From assembly GCA_041650755.1 (NCBI GenBank), contig JBAZKN010000003.1, positions 18,060-82,059 on the forward strand: a DNA stretch of 64,000 bases. Reading direction: 5' to 3'. Below, in pieces: positions 9,378-18,983 of the stretch. The number at the start of each line of letters is the position of its first letter. Position 1 is the stretch's first letter. The notes beneath the pieces were generated by a model. That model had not been told where the DNA came from. It was given only the letters and a program-made list of their open reading frames with translations, and searched no databases. The stretch is from Patescibacteria group bacterium (GTDB lineage: Bacteria; Patescibacteriota; Patescibacteriia; UBA1558; GWA2-36-10). The translations under genes were made by a program, and so were the position numbers.

Positions 9378-11933
9378 TTGTGTTACAAATATTTATCCGA
9401 ACACTTGAGTTTGACAGATTCAATTTCCGACACTAAACCGGAGATATCTTTTAAGAATGAAATATTCACTGACACCGCAAACGCAGAATACGGACCTGTT
9501 TCGTGTGCTCAAAAAAAGAAAATCATTGAAGTTAAAGATTTTTCTGATGTTAACGCTATCTCTGGTACTTGCTCTATAAAATTTGGATCAAACTTAACTT
9601 TGATTTATGGCGGAAACGGTAGTGGTAAAAGCGGAGTTAGCAGACTTTTATGTAATGCTTGTTTTTCAAGGGGAGAGCGTGAGATTTTGCCAAATGTTAA
9701 AGTTGCTTCAATACCCGGACCGCAAGCAAAGGCCACTTTTGTTATTGATGACGGTTCCGGAAGCACACAAGATGTCGAGTATTCTCTTGGTGATAATATT
9801 GACGATCTTAAATGTTTCTCAGTCTTTGATTCAGAAAGTGTTTTGATACATCTTGATCAATCAAATAATGTTAACTTTACACCGGCACAGATAAAAATAT
9901 TTGATAAGGTTGCCGATACCATATCAAAACTTGAAGAGAAACTTCAGAATGAAAAAAATGAAAAGAAAAAGGATAATCCTTTCGCCTCAATGTTTTTATC
10001 TGATGATGCCACATCAGATACAGCGTTGTTTTGTAAAAACATAAGTGCGTCTACGGAAGTGGATGATTTTCTTAAACATGCAAATTTTAATGCAACAACA
10101 GACGAACCAAAAATATCGGATTTAAGCAAGCAGATTGATGAAAAGAAAAAGCTTGATATAACAAAAAAGAAAGCTCAGCTGGCATCGGATAGACAAAATT
10201 TAACAGCATTAAAATCTACACTGCAATCAACGGTTGATCGTTTCACTGAAGTTAAGAGAGATGCCATAAACAAAATAATTTCTGACATCACCGAAAAAAA
10301 GAAAATCGTTGAAAGTCTGAGCGTCCAAAGCTTCAACGATGGAATTATAAAAACTGTTGGTAGTCCTGAATGGAAAGCCCTTATAACAACAGCCAAGACT
10401 CTCTATGATAATGAAAAAGCAGCTAACGAGAATAACGATCTTGATAACTGCATCCTTTGTCATCAGAAATTATCATCTGATGCAAAAACTCTTTTTCAAA
10501 AATATTGGAAATTTCTCGAAAGCAAGGCAGAGTCGGAGCTTGCTTTGTTGGTGTCTCAACAAAGGTCTGCTTTAGAAGATCTTAAATCGGCAAAAACTTT
10601 GTATCCAAAATTTTTGGCAACGGATGCCGGTGTAAAAACACTGAATGAAGAAAATTCCACCTATCTGTCTGAGTTAAAAACACAATTTTCGGCCGTGTCT
10701 GATGTTCTTGATGATTGGATTGATAAACTTGGAAAATATGAGTCTGTCAGTACGGACGGCGTACCGACGATAAATTTAGAAAAAATTACCGAAATAGTAA
10801 ATGCAAAGACTACGGAAGAATCTAAACTTGTTGATCCGTCTGTTGAAATTGCCACACTTACCGCAAGGTTAAATTCTCTAAAACATAAAAAAGACGCTAC
10901 CGCCGTCAAAGATGCAGCTCTTGAGTATTTGTCTTTCTTGAAATGGTCATCAAAAACAAGCGGTGTCAGTTTCTCCGGTATTAAAATGGCTACTACCAAA
11001 AAACGAACTGAATCATTTTTGGTTCGTGTCGGAAATAGTTATAAAGGAGTATTTAATCAAGAATTAGCCAGTCTCGGTTGCGATTTTAATTTAGTAATGA
11101 ATACGAGCGGAGAGCAAGGAAATACCGTCAAAGAATATCGTTTAGATTTTGCAGAGGACTATAATCCCAGCCAGATATTGAGTGAGGGCGAACAAAACGC
11201 TTGTTCATTAGCCGACTTCCTCACTGAAGTTCAATTGGATAACAAAAATTGCGGTATTATTTTTGACGATCCTGTGACATCGCTTGATCATGAACGAAAA
11301 GATAAAATTGCCGAAAGACTGACGAAGGAGGCTAATCAGAGACAAGTATTAATTCTTACCCATGACATGGTGTTTATGAGCCAGCTCGTTAAATATGCAA
11401 ATAAATTTATTATTCCTTTCGTAGCTCACTGGATGAAAAAAGTTGATGGTATCCCTGGTTGCGTTGAAGACAATGCCAGTCCGAAGCTTGCAACATTAGC
11501 GAATTTAAAAGCCAAAGCACAAGAAGCGATCAAAGATATTAATACTCTCGATTCCACAACACAAGAGATCCATCTTGGATCAGCTTTTGATTATTTGCGT
11601 AGTGCTTGCGAGGCTTTAATCGAGGAAGTTTTGTTTGCCGGGACGATTCAAAGATATGATGATCATATCAAAGTGCAGAATTTAGAAGAAGTTGTCTTTG
11701 ATAAAGATTTGGCATTAAAAATTACCGACTTGCATGGAAGAATCTCAGGATTTTTATTAGCCCATAACCGTAGCGATTTACAGCGAGAAAATCCTCCTCA
11801 ATTGAGTGACTTTGAATCATTTCAGAAAGAATTCAATGAGCTTGAGACCAGCCTTCGATGCTCCTTAAAGACCGCTCGAAGCGAACGAAATCAAAGAAAA
11901 GAGGAAAAGGCTGCAGCTCAAGCTGGTTGGTAA
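9378..11933 (+). CDS. RloC/PrrC-like ABC-type ATPase with zinc-hook coiled coil; putative anticodon nuclease / defence ATPase
   Basis: Walker A GGNGSGKSG; ABC signature LSEGEQ; Walker B/D-loop IIFDDPVTSLD; H-loop LTHD; about 400 aa K/E-rich coiled-coil insertion with CILCH (CxxC) at its centre; C-terminal ~230-aa non-ATPase domain containing LRSACE (R-x3-E) and downstream His. Confidence 0.5.
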   Translation: MCYKYLSEHLSLTDSISDTKPEISFKNEIFTDTANAEYGPVSCAQKKKIIEVKDFSDVNAISGTCSIKFGSNLTLIYGGNGSGKSGVSRLLCNACFSRGEREILPNVKVASIPGPQAKATFVIDDGSGSTQDVEYSLGDNIDDLKCFSVFDSESVLIHLDQSNNVNFTPAQIKIFDKVADTISKLEEKLQNEKNEKKKDNPFASMFLSDDATSDTALFCKNISASTEVDDFLKHANFNATTDEPKISDLSKQIDEKKKLDITKKKAQLASDRQNLTALKSTLQSTVDRFTEVKRDAINKIISDITEKKKIVESLSVQSFNDGIIKTVGSPEWKALITTAKTLYDNEKAANENNDLDNCILCHQKLSSDAKTLFQKYWKFLESKAESELALLVSQQRSALEDLKSAKTLYPKFLATDAGVKTLNEENSTYLSELKTQFSAVSDVLDDWIDKLGKYESVSTDGVPTINLEKITEIVNAKTTEESKLVDPSVEIATLTARLNSLKHKKDATAVKDAALEYLSFLKWSSKTSGVSFSGIKMATTKKRTESFLVRVGNSYKGVFNQELASLGCDFNLVMNTSGEQGNTVKEYRLDFAEDYNPSQILSEGEQNACSLADFLTEVQLDNKNCGIIFDDPVTSLDHERKDKIAERLTKEANQRQVLILTHDMVFMSQLVKYANKFIIPFVAHWMKKVDGIPGCVEDNASPKLATLANLKAKAQEAIKDINTLDSTTQEIHLGSAFDYLRSACEALIEEVLFAGTIQRYDDHIKVQNLEEVVFDKDLALKITDLHGRISGFLLAHNRSDLQRENPPQLSDFESFQKEFNELETSLRCSLKTARSERNQRKEEKAAAQAGW

Positions 11934-12073
11934 TAGGAATTTATGTTAAGTGGTCGTACTTAAATTGAAATATTTAATTTTAAAATAAATTGTTGTAATT
12001 ATCCGTAGTTATTAAGATTATTACCTGTAGATAACTCAGCCTTCGCAAAAACCCTAACCTAAGCTAATATACG

Positions 12074-12094
12074 ATGGACATTTGTCCATTTTTT
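12074..12094 (+). terminator. rho-independent terminator after the RloC-like gene
   Basis: ATGGACA-TT-TGTCCAT perfect 7-bp hairpin followed by TTTTTT. Confidence 0.6.
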
Positions 12095-12294
12095 GGTTAA
12101 AATGTAATTGACAATTAAGTGACCTAAACCCGTCGTTTTCGGCGGGCATGGTCTCAAATCGTAACTCACATACAACCCGTCATTCAGGGCGTGAGTTACG
12201 TTATGCAGGGAAACTTGCATAGGGGCTTTAAAACCCTCCTGGTGGCGGGCTTTATGTTTGGCCCGCGTTTCCGGGAAAAGCGAAAGGAAACGTC

Positions 12295-13356
12295 ATGTCT
12301 TTAATCATCTCTCAGGGCGGAAGAAACGCCCGAAAAATCGACAAGACCGGTTTTGACAAGGAAGACTATCTGCAACAATACATTCGGGAAAATCCCGAAG
12401 CCATTCCGGTCTATGAAATCGCCCAAGACAAAAGGTTGTTTGTCGCCGCCCGTGAATTTCCGACCGAATCCGGTCCGATTGACGCGCTGGCCGTGGACAA
12501 AGACGGCGACATCTATGTCGTTGAAACCAAACTGTACAAAAACCCCGACAAAAGAACCGTTGTCGCCCAAGCGCTGGACTACGGCGCTTCGCTCTGGAAA
12601 CATTCCGGCGACTTTTCCGAATTTTTGAGCCTGCTTGACTCTGAAATTCAAGACAAATTCAATCTCACTTTTCCCGAAAAGGCAAAAGATTTTTTTGGTT
12701 TGACCGACGAGCAGTCAAGCGCCCAACTTGACGCCATGCAAAGAAATCTGCGCGAAGGCAATTTGAAGTTTGTCATTTTGATGGACTCAATGGAAGAAAG
12801 ACTCAAAGACCTCATAATCTATGTCAACCAAAACAGTCAGTTTGATATTTACGCCGTGGAATTGGAATACTACAAATTCAACGACTACGAAATCATGATT
12901 CCCAAGATTTTCGGGGTGGAAGTCAAAAAGAACGTCGGCACAACCGCAAACGCCAAAAGATTCAAATGGGACGAAGCCAAGTTTTTCAACTACGCCAAAC
13001 AAAACCTGTCCCAAGACATCTGTGATCAAGTGTTCAAGCTTTTCGCTTTCAGTAAAGACAAAGCTTCATCAATCAATTACGGCACCGGCAGTTATCCAGC
13101 ATTTTCACCCGTCTTTTCAAAGATAAGCGACAAATCGCTTTTCACTTTGACTTTGGACGGCGTTATCAGATTAAGCTTTAACTTTGAGTGGGCTTTTCGC
13201 GACAACGAAGCGTTGGCCAAAAAGTTCAACACCAGACTCAAAGAAATCGGAGTTATTATGCCCAAAGATTTTTTGCAGCTTCGTCCCAGCGTTGAATTCA
13301 AACAGTGGGGAAACAAGACGCAAGATATCATTAAAATAATAAAAGAATTAACATAA
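12295..13356 (+). CDS. PD-(D/E)xK nuclease-fold protein (NucS/DUF4263-like core), function unknown
   Basis: [21 protein letters not shown] = D..D/E-x-K restriction-endonuclease-like motif at aa 60-82; about 270-aa C-terminal extension without motifs; GC-richer than flanks. Confidence 0.45.
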   Translation: MSLIISQGGRNARKIDKTGFDKEDYLQQYIRENPEAIPVYEIAQDKRLFVAAREFPTESGPIDALAVDKDGDIYVVETKLYKNPDKRTVVAQALDYGASLWKHSGDFSEFLSLLDSEIQDKFNLTFPEKAKDFFGLTDEQSSAQLDAMQRNLREGNLKFVILMDSMEERLKDLIIYVNQNSQFDIYAVELEYYKFNDYEIMIPKIFGVEVKKNVGTTANAKRFKWDEAKFFNYAKQNLSQDICDQVFKLFAFSKDKASSINYGTGSYPAFSPVFSKISDKSLFTLTLDGVIRLSFNFEWAFRDNEALAKKFNTRLKEIGVIMPKDFLQLRPSVEFKQWGNKTQDIIKIIKELT

Positions 13357-13367
13357 CAAAAAACCAT

Positions 13368-13685
13368 ATGAAGAAATGTCCGTTTTGCGCCGAAGAAATC
13401 CAAGACGAAGCCGTCAAATGCAAACATTGCGGCAGCGATTTGGTCAAGCAGGAAAAGAGTGCGCCGCTTCAGGCCCAATCGATTTCCAATCCCAAGAGCG
13501 GGAAAAACAAGATGGTCGGCGGTTGCGCTTTGATCATCCTCGGCTTCATTATTGTTTTCTCAAGCGCTGCTTCCGGCGCTCAAGAAGGTTTAGGTTGGTT
13601 GGTGGTGCCGGCCGGCATGGCCATTTTGGCCGGATTGATAATTCTTTTGCTCGGCAAATTCGAAAATTGGTATCATTGGAAATAA
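13368..13685 (+). CDS. zinc-ribbon membrane protein
   Basis: N-terminal CPFC..(11)..CKHC zinc ribbon followed by two TM helices; 105 aa; starts 12 nt after upstream stop. Confidence 0.45.
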   Translation: MKKCPFCAEEIQDEAVKCKHCGSDLVKQEKSAPLQAQSISNPKSGKNKMVGGCALIILGFIIVFSSAASGAQEGLGWLVVPAGMAILAGLIILLLGKFENWYHWK

Positions 13686-13724
13686 CGAGGTAAAAGATTG
13701 AACAACCGATTGTCTTTGACTTTT

Positions 13725-14309
13725 TCAAGTCGCGGTTTCATGCCCGTCCAGTTTTCGGTCGGGTTTTGAATTTTCTTCATTTTTGTCATCATTCGACTTT
13801 TTTGTATTGTCATCGGGATTTTTGTTTTTCAAAGTTTTTTCGATCTTTACCTGCTTGTTCAAGTTCGGATCACGCCAAGCGATCATCATGTCTTTTATTT
13901 TTTCTAAGCGCTCATTGGTCAGCAGACCCGCTTGATCATTTACCTGAATCGCATGGTTGTGATTGTGGGTGACTTTTTCCACGAATTCTTTGCTTCTGGT
14001 TTTCAGCCAAAACAAGACATAAGTGGGAACGCCGTCTTTGATTCCCTGAATGACTCTGCTTTGCGCCATGTCCGATATCAGCAAGGTGCCTTCTTTGCAA
14101 GCGTCTCTGACTTCGGCGGCGAATTTCCGGTCTTCTTGTGTCCAGCGATAAAAAGTGGAGGGATTGATACCAGATCTTAAGCAAGCCGTTGCGATAATCG
14201 GATTTTTTCGCAGTTCTTCAAGCAAGTCTTTTTTTATTCGACTTTTTCTTTTTTTGACGGTGATGGCCCGAGTTTTTGTCGGGTCCTTTTTTGGTTTGTT
14301 TATTGTCAT
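13725..14309 (-). CDS. HTH DNA-binding protein, phage terminase small-subunit-like
   Basis: N-terminal HTH IIATACLRSGINPSTFYRWTQEDRKFAAEV resembling terS-type HTH; K/D/E-rich tail; 4-nt overlap with upstream ParB-MTase gene. Confidence 0.35.
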   Translation of the reverse strand: MTINKPKKDPTKTRAITVKKRKSRIKKDLLEELRKNPIIATACLRSGINPSTFYRWTQEDRKFAAEVRDACKEGTLLISDMAQSRVIQGIKDGVPTYVLFWLKTRSKEFVEKVTHNHNHAIQVNDQAGLLTNERLEKIKDMMIAWRDPNLNKQVKIEKTLKNKNPDDNTKKSNDDKNEENSKPDRKLDGHETAT

Positions 14310-15703
14310 ATTTTTTTAGTTAACATCGGTTGGTTTATTTTTTTCGGTTTTTGTCCGGTTGTTTTTTCCCATCTTCGCAAAATCACCTGGGCATACACCG
14401 GTGACTTTTCCATCAAAAAGCAACGGCGCTTCATGGCGGTGGCGGCTATGAGCGTTGAACCCGAACCCCCGAACGGTTCGATTATGATGTCGTCTCGTTT
14501 GGTCAGCACTTTGACATAGGGGATGAGTATTTCAACGGGTTTGGTGCCAAAGATTATACCTTGCCCCGATGACTTTTGATCATCGGCTTTGTAACTGATG
14601 AAATCTGTCGGACAGATTTTTTTACCTTTTTCATAGCCTTCCCAGTGCGGTTTGCCGGAGATGGCAAACAAAGCGTTTTCGTATTCTTGTTGAAGCAAAG
14701 AATCGGCTTCTTGATCAACATTCAGTTCAATATCACCTTCGGTTCCCACCAAAGCGATATCGTGCTTGTTGAAGAATCGATGCTTGGCGGAAAATCCCTG
14801 GGTGCGGTTGGGCAAATGCCAAACAATGGTGTTTCGGTATTTCCAGTGTTTCTCCAGCTCGTTCCATATTATTTTTAGATTCTTGGGATTTTCAAAAACA
14901 ATGATGGAAAAGTCCGGTTTTTGAATTTTGGCGATATTAGTCATCCAAAGTTCGGTGAAGTTGTCGGGCAAAATATCGGTTTCCAAATATCGGCGGTTTT
15001 TCTTCACGCCAAAGCCGGTGGTGACCCCGTCCTTTTGTTTGGTTTTGCCTTTGAGATAATCAAGCAGGTAAGGAGGATCGGTAAGACACATGTCGGCTTT
15101 TTCATTGCCCATGAGTTTCAGGACATCGGCTTCAACGGTGCTGTCGCCACACATCAGTCTTGAACCGTTCAGTTCGTAGATGTCGCCTTTTTGCACGGAA
15201 ATGTTTTTGATGTCCAGTTTTGCCAATTCCTTGTTTAAATCAAACATTTCCGGTTCGCTTTCGAGTCCGAAAATTTCGTCCAGTTCTTCCGAGGAAAAAC
15301 CAACGTCTGAAAGCAGCGATTCGTCAAACTCGGCAAGCAGGGAATAATCGAATTCGCCGACATTTTTATTCAACCTGATATTGAGCTCTTTTTCTTTCTT
15401 TTCGTCGGGAATGTTCACATATACCACCGGGACTTCTTTGTAGCCCAAAGCTTTGGTGGCTTTCAGGCGCATGTGACCTCCAATCAGAATATTTTTGCGG
15501 TTTTCGGCCCCGTTGGCAATCAGCGGATCGCACAAGCCGAAGCGTCGTATCGATTCGGTCAGTTGTTCCATGGCTTCTTTATTATGTTTGCGGGGATTAT
15601 ACTCCGCCGGTTTCAACGTTGAGATCGGTAAATGAATGATTTTAAGATTGTTTGTTTCAGTCATAATTTTTTGATTAATTTTTAGCGATAAATAAAACGA
15701 CAC
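14306..15703 (-). CDS. ParB-like nuclease domain fused to beta-class DNA amino-methyltransferase (N6-adenine or N4-cytosine)
   Basis: N-terminal ParB/Srx motifs (LKPAEYNPRKH, IGGHMRLKA); motif IV CLTDPPY precedes motif I FGGSGST (beta-class order). Confidence 0.8.
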   Translation of the reverse strand: MSFYLSLKINQKIMTETNNLKIIHLPISTLKPAEYNPRKHNKEAMEQLTESIRRFGLCDPLIANGAENRKNILIGGHMRLKATKALGYKEVPVVYVNIPDEKKEKELNIRLNKNVGEFDYSLLAEFDESLLSDVGFSSEELDEIFGLESEPEMFDLNKELAKLDIKNISVQKGDIYELNGSRLMCGDSTVEADVLKLMGNEKADMCLTDPPYLLDYLKGKTKQKDGVTTGFGVKKNRRYLETDILPDNFTELWMTNIAKIQKPDFSIIVFENPKNLKIIWNELEKHWKYRNTIVWHLPNRTQGFSAKHRFFNKHDIALVGTEGDIELNVDQEADSLLQQEYENALFAISGKPHWEGYEKGKKICPTDFISYKADDQKSSGQGIIFGTKPVEILIPYVKVLTKRDDIIIEPFGGSGSTLIAATAMKRRCFLMEKSPVYAQVILRRWEKTTGQKPKKINQPMLTKKI

Positions 15704-16140
15704 GAGAATTCGCTCGTGCCGTTATGACTTGTTTATTTTAATTATTTAAAAAAGCTATATTAAATCAACAACAAAAACGAGCGAATCAATAAATGATATT
15801 ACGGTAAATGTCTTGTTGATTTAATACAGCTTTCTTGTTTCTTGTCGCCGTATTTGAATCTAGTCAGGCCAGGTAAATGCAAAATGTCGATAAATGTCTG
15901 ACTAACCGTCCGTTTTGGAAAAACAGTTCGGTTTTTCACCCTGCTGAGCTTTTGTCTAGCTAAGGTGGACTCAGTTACGATTGAAAAGAGCGGGTACCAT
16001 ATTAAATATAGCGCCAATTCTTAAAAAACTCAATATAAAGTATAATAATAGGGTGTGGATAACTTTTTTGACACTGGTGATACTATCGGCACTATTGTTT
16101 GTGGTCTTAATATTTTTTTAAACTGGTCAATTTTTTTTAT

Positions 16141-17067
16141 ATGATTTATGAATTAAAAGTAAGGGTTGACGGGCATTCAACTATCCGTGATTCTTATATC
16201 ATGAATGTTGATCCGTATTTATTGAAAATAGATTGCAATGAATATGGAGGCGTTGATTATTTATCTGTCGGTGTTAGGGTAAAAGATTTCCGTAATTATT
16301 TGCCCAAATTAAATATTTCTAAAGATGACCGTGCTCACACCTTGAATATTCCCGATAATCATTTTCATGCAGACATAATAAATTTATTGCAACACATTGA
16401 ATCCTTAGGCAGTTTTTGGCTTGGTGTTAAAAAAATTTATTGGGATAATCCAATATCAACATGGATTCCAGAAAATGAAGAGGAGGAGAAAATTTTAAAA
16501 AACGACAGCACCATTAACGGTTATAGTTTTGATAAAAAATATGAACCAAATATTGTTGAGTTTAGTTCCGGCATTCTTAGACAAATTATAGATAATAGAA
16601 ATTTTTATAAACGTTTGGTGATCCCGCTATCTTTTTACAGGGAAGGCAGAAATGAATTTGAATCTAAAAGATATATTCAGGCTTTTTATAATTTTTATTT
16701 TTATCTTGAGGATTTATACGGTAACGGCAAAACGAAGAATAATCAAATTGAGAATGAATTTTTAAATTCCAAACAATTCGTTGAAGCAGTGGAAGAAACA
16801 TTGGTTTTATTTAGCACCAATGGTTATGAAAAGCATTTTAGAAAACTTCAAGAACTTTTGTCTTCAAAAAAGTATGACTATCGCACGGAGGGCGTTGTCA
16901 AATTGATTGTTAGTATCAGGGGCAACTTGCACCACTTTTCTCAGAAAAGTACGTTACGGCTTGGACATTATTTCAATCAAGAAGAATTTAAAACGATGGC
17001 TTTTCTTCTGATGTCAATTTGCTTAAAGACGTTTACATATTTAACAACGGGAGTAAATCCTGAATAA
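16141..17067 (+). CDS. hypothetical protein (AT-rich island cargo)
   Basis: 308 aa, no recognisable motif; very AT-rich, Y/N/K-rich composition. Confidence 0.35.
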   Translation: MIYELKVRVDGHSTIRDSYIMNVDPYLLKIDCNEYGGVDYLSVGVRVKDFRNYLPKLNISKDDRAHTLNIPDNHFHADIINLLQHIESLGSFWLGVKKIYWDNPISTWIPENEEEEKILKNDSTINGYSFDKKYEPNIVEFSSGILRQIIDNRNFYKRLVIPLSFYREGRNEFESKRYIQAFYNFYFYLEDLYGNGKTKNNQIENEFLNSKQFVEAVEETLVLFSTNGYEKHFRKLQELLSSKKYDYRTEGVVKLIVSIRGNLHHFSQKSTLRLGHYFNQEEFKTMAFLLMSICLKTFTYLTTGVNPE

Positions 17068-17071
17068 TGTT

Positions 17072-17473
17072 ATGGCTGATATGTGTTCAATAATTTCGAT
17101 ATCAACAGTGAGCTCATTTTCCGTTTTTATATGGAAAATTATAGTATTGCTTTGGCCATGGTATTGGTTTGTCATTTTTTTATGTCTTGCAACTTGGATG
17201 ACTTGGGAAATAATTACCCGCAATGGTTCAGCGCATTATAATTCTGCAAATGGTTTTTCGCCTGGTTTTAATCGGTTTGTTGGTAGTGGAACTTATATGC
17301 TATTGCAGTCTTTGCTTTTTTTACTTTTTAAAATATTTTTTGGTGAATCCGTCTACTGTATGATTTGGCCTTATCCGGTTCATCTGGTATTATTTTTATC
17401 GACAGGATTGCTTTTGCATTTATCAGGATTTTGGCCTTATCTGAAAGAACCTGGTTACCATCGTCGCAGGTGA
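17072..17473 (+). CDS. hypothetical membrane protein
   Basis: 133 aa with four hydrophobic segments; 4 nt after preceding stop. Confidence 0.3.
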   Translation: MADMCSIISISTVSSFSVFIWKIIVLLWPWYWFVIFLCLATWMTWEIITRNGSAHYNSANGFSPGFNRFVGSGTYMLLQSLLFLLFKIFFGESVYCMIWPYPVHLVLFLSTGLLLHLSGFWPYLKEPGYHRRR

Positions 17474-17615
17474 AGGTAAATGCCGAGTATAATTGAATTC
17501 TTTAACCATAAGGTATTTACTTGTTGTTTAATAAAAAATAATGGATAAAAAAATGAGGACAGATGTGACTCCGTCCTCAGCAGTTGTGTTGTGACCGGTT
17601 ATTCCGGTTGTTTTT

Positions 17616-18866
17616 TTACCCTCCAAATTTCCAGGTGACACCGGCCGAGATGACATGAACGTCGACTTCGTATTTTCCCGGTGCCAGGAAGCCGAAGTGT
17701 TTTTCAACTTCTCTTTTACCCCAGCCGTAGGTATAGCCGAGATCGAAATCCAAGTTGTCGTTCGGTCTGTATCCAAGGCCGAAAGAAATTCCCGGGCCGT
17801 CCACTTCCGGTGCGGTCGGCGTGGTGGTTTCCCGCGGAATGGCCGCGGTATGCCAGCAGACGCCGCTTCTCAAAAGCCACTTTTCGGTCAGCTCGTACTC
17901 GGCGCCGAGATGGAAGCTGAAGTTGTCATGCCAATTCAGCTTTTGGCCGTATTCAAGCAGCTCGCCGATTTTGGCCGTCATCTGTTTGGCCGCCGAATAG
18001 TCGTACCAGTTGGCGTCAGCCAGAATTCTCAACCTGTTATTCGGTTCAAACTTCAAGCCGAGTCCGAGTCTTCCCGGAAAGTAGACCGAAGCGGTCATGC
18101 CGTATTTTCCAAGAGGCAAGCCCAGCAGCTCCGGCTTGGTTGATCCTTTCAGGCGGACCTCCATGGGCAGACTGTAGGACGCGCCGACAGTCCATTGGTC
18201 GTTGAGCCGGTAGAGAATTCCGATTCCGCCACCCAGTCCGATGCCGTCAGCTTCAGCTTCCATACTTGCCATGTCCAGTCGAAAGTTTCCAAGTTGGAGA
18301 CTGCCGGCATTGATAAACTGGGCGTAGCCGATATTCAGGCTCAGTCCGACGGAGAGTTCATTATTGACCCGGTAGGCCATTGCCGGAACCAGCGAAGTCA
18401 GACTCAGCATTCCTTCTTTCCAGGGAAAGTCGCCGTCATACTTGCTGCCAAGACCGCCAACAACGTGCCAGCCCGCTCCAATCGTCAACCGGTCGTTCAG
18501 GCGTGTGGAAAATCCGCCGAAAGGCAGAGGGATGATTCCTCCCTCCGAATTTTTGGATAATTCTCGGCCGCATTCCGACCACTGATATGTCCCTTCGGCG
18601 ATAATTGATTCCATTCCGAGTTGTAGTGAAGTACGCTTGATGTTGCTTAACCCCGCAGGGTTGTAGTAGAACGCCGAAGCGTCTACCGGATCGGCGATTT
18701 GAGCACCGCACATTCCCATGGCTCTGGGACCGACACTGCCGCTGACGCGGTTGACTCCTCCGGCTATTGCCGAATTGACGGTCAACAAGACCAGCATAAA
18801 TACCGCAATCGTTATCTTTTTCATCGTTTGTCCTCCCTTGGTAAAGGGTTTCGGTTTAAGGTTCAT
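17616..18866 (-). CDS. FadL/TodX-family outer-membrane transporter for hydrophobic compounds
   Basis: Signal peptide MKKITIAVFMLVLLTVNSAIA (probable start 18824 preceded by AGGGAGG RBS); glycine/aromatic-rich beta-strand pattern and C-terminal WKFGG barrel terminus typical of the FadL/Toluene_X family; GC-rich. Confidence 0.7.
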   Translation of the reverse strand: MNLKPKPFTKGGQTMKKITIAVFMLVLLTVNSAIAGGVNRVSGSVGPRAMGMCGAQIADPVDASAFYYNPAGLSNIKRTSLQLGMESIIAEGTYQWSECGRELSKNSEGGIIPLPFGGFSTRLNDRLTIGAGWHVVGGLGSKYDGDFPWKEGMLSLTSLVPAMAYRVNNELSVGLSLNIGYAQFINAGSLQLGNFRLDMASMEAEADGIGLGGGIGILYRLNDQWTVGASYSLPMEVRLKGSTKPELLGLPLGKYGMTASVYFPGRLGLGLKFEPNNRLRILADANWYDYSAAKQMTAKIGELLEYGQKLNWHDNFSFHLGAEYELTEKWLLRSGVCWHTAAIPRETTTPTAPEVDGPGISFGLGYRPNDNLDFDLGYTYGWGKREVEKHFGFLAPGKYEVDVHVISAGVTWKFGG

Positions 18867-18983
18867 TCAAGATACAATCCAACAGGTTATAGTACTCTTA
18901 TTTGTTGAAAAAGTCAAGGTTGGCTGGACATTTTTTGAAAAATGTGCTATTATGCTTTGTTGCCTGAATTTGGTATAATTTAG

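Noticed and set aside
9607-9846. 79-aa ORF in alternate frame inside the RloC-like gene
   Set aside because: Internal to a motif-supported long ORF; no independent evidence
15985-15998. GAGCGGGTACCA resembling the tRNA-Leu 3' end (possible distant att site pairing with 61890)
   Set aside because: Only about 9 nt of similarity and the interval would enclose 46 kb of housekeeping genes; most likely chance
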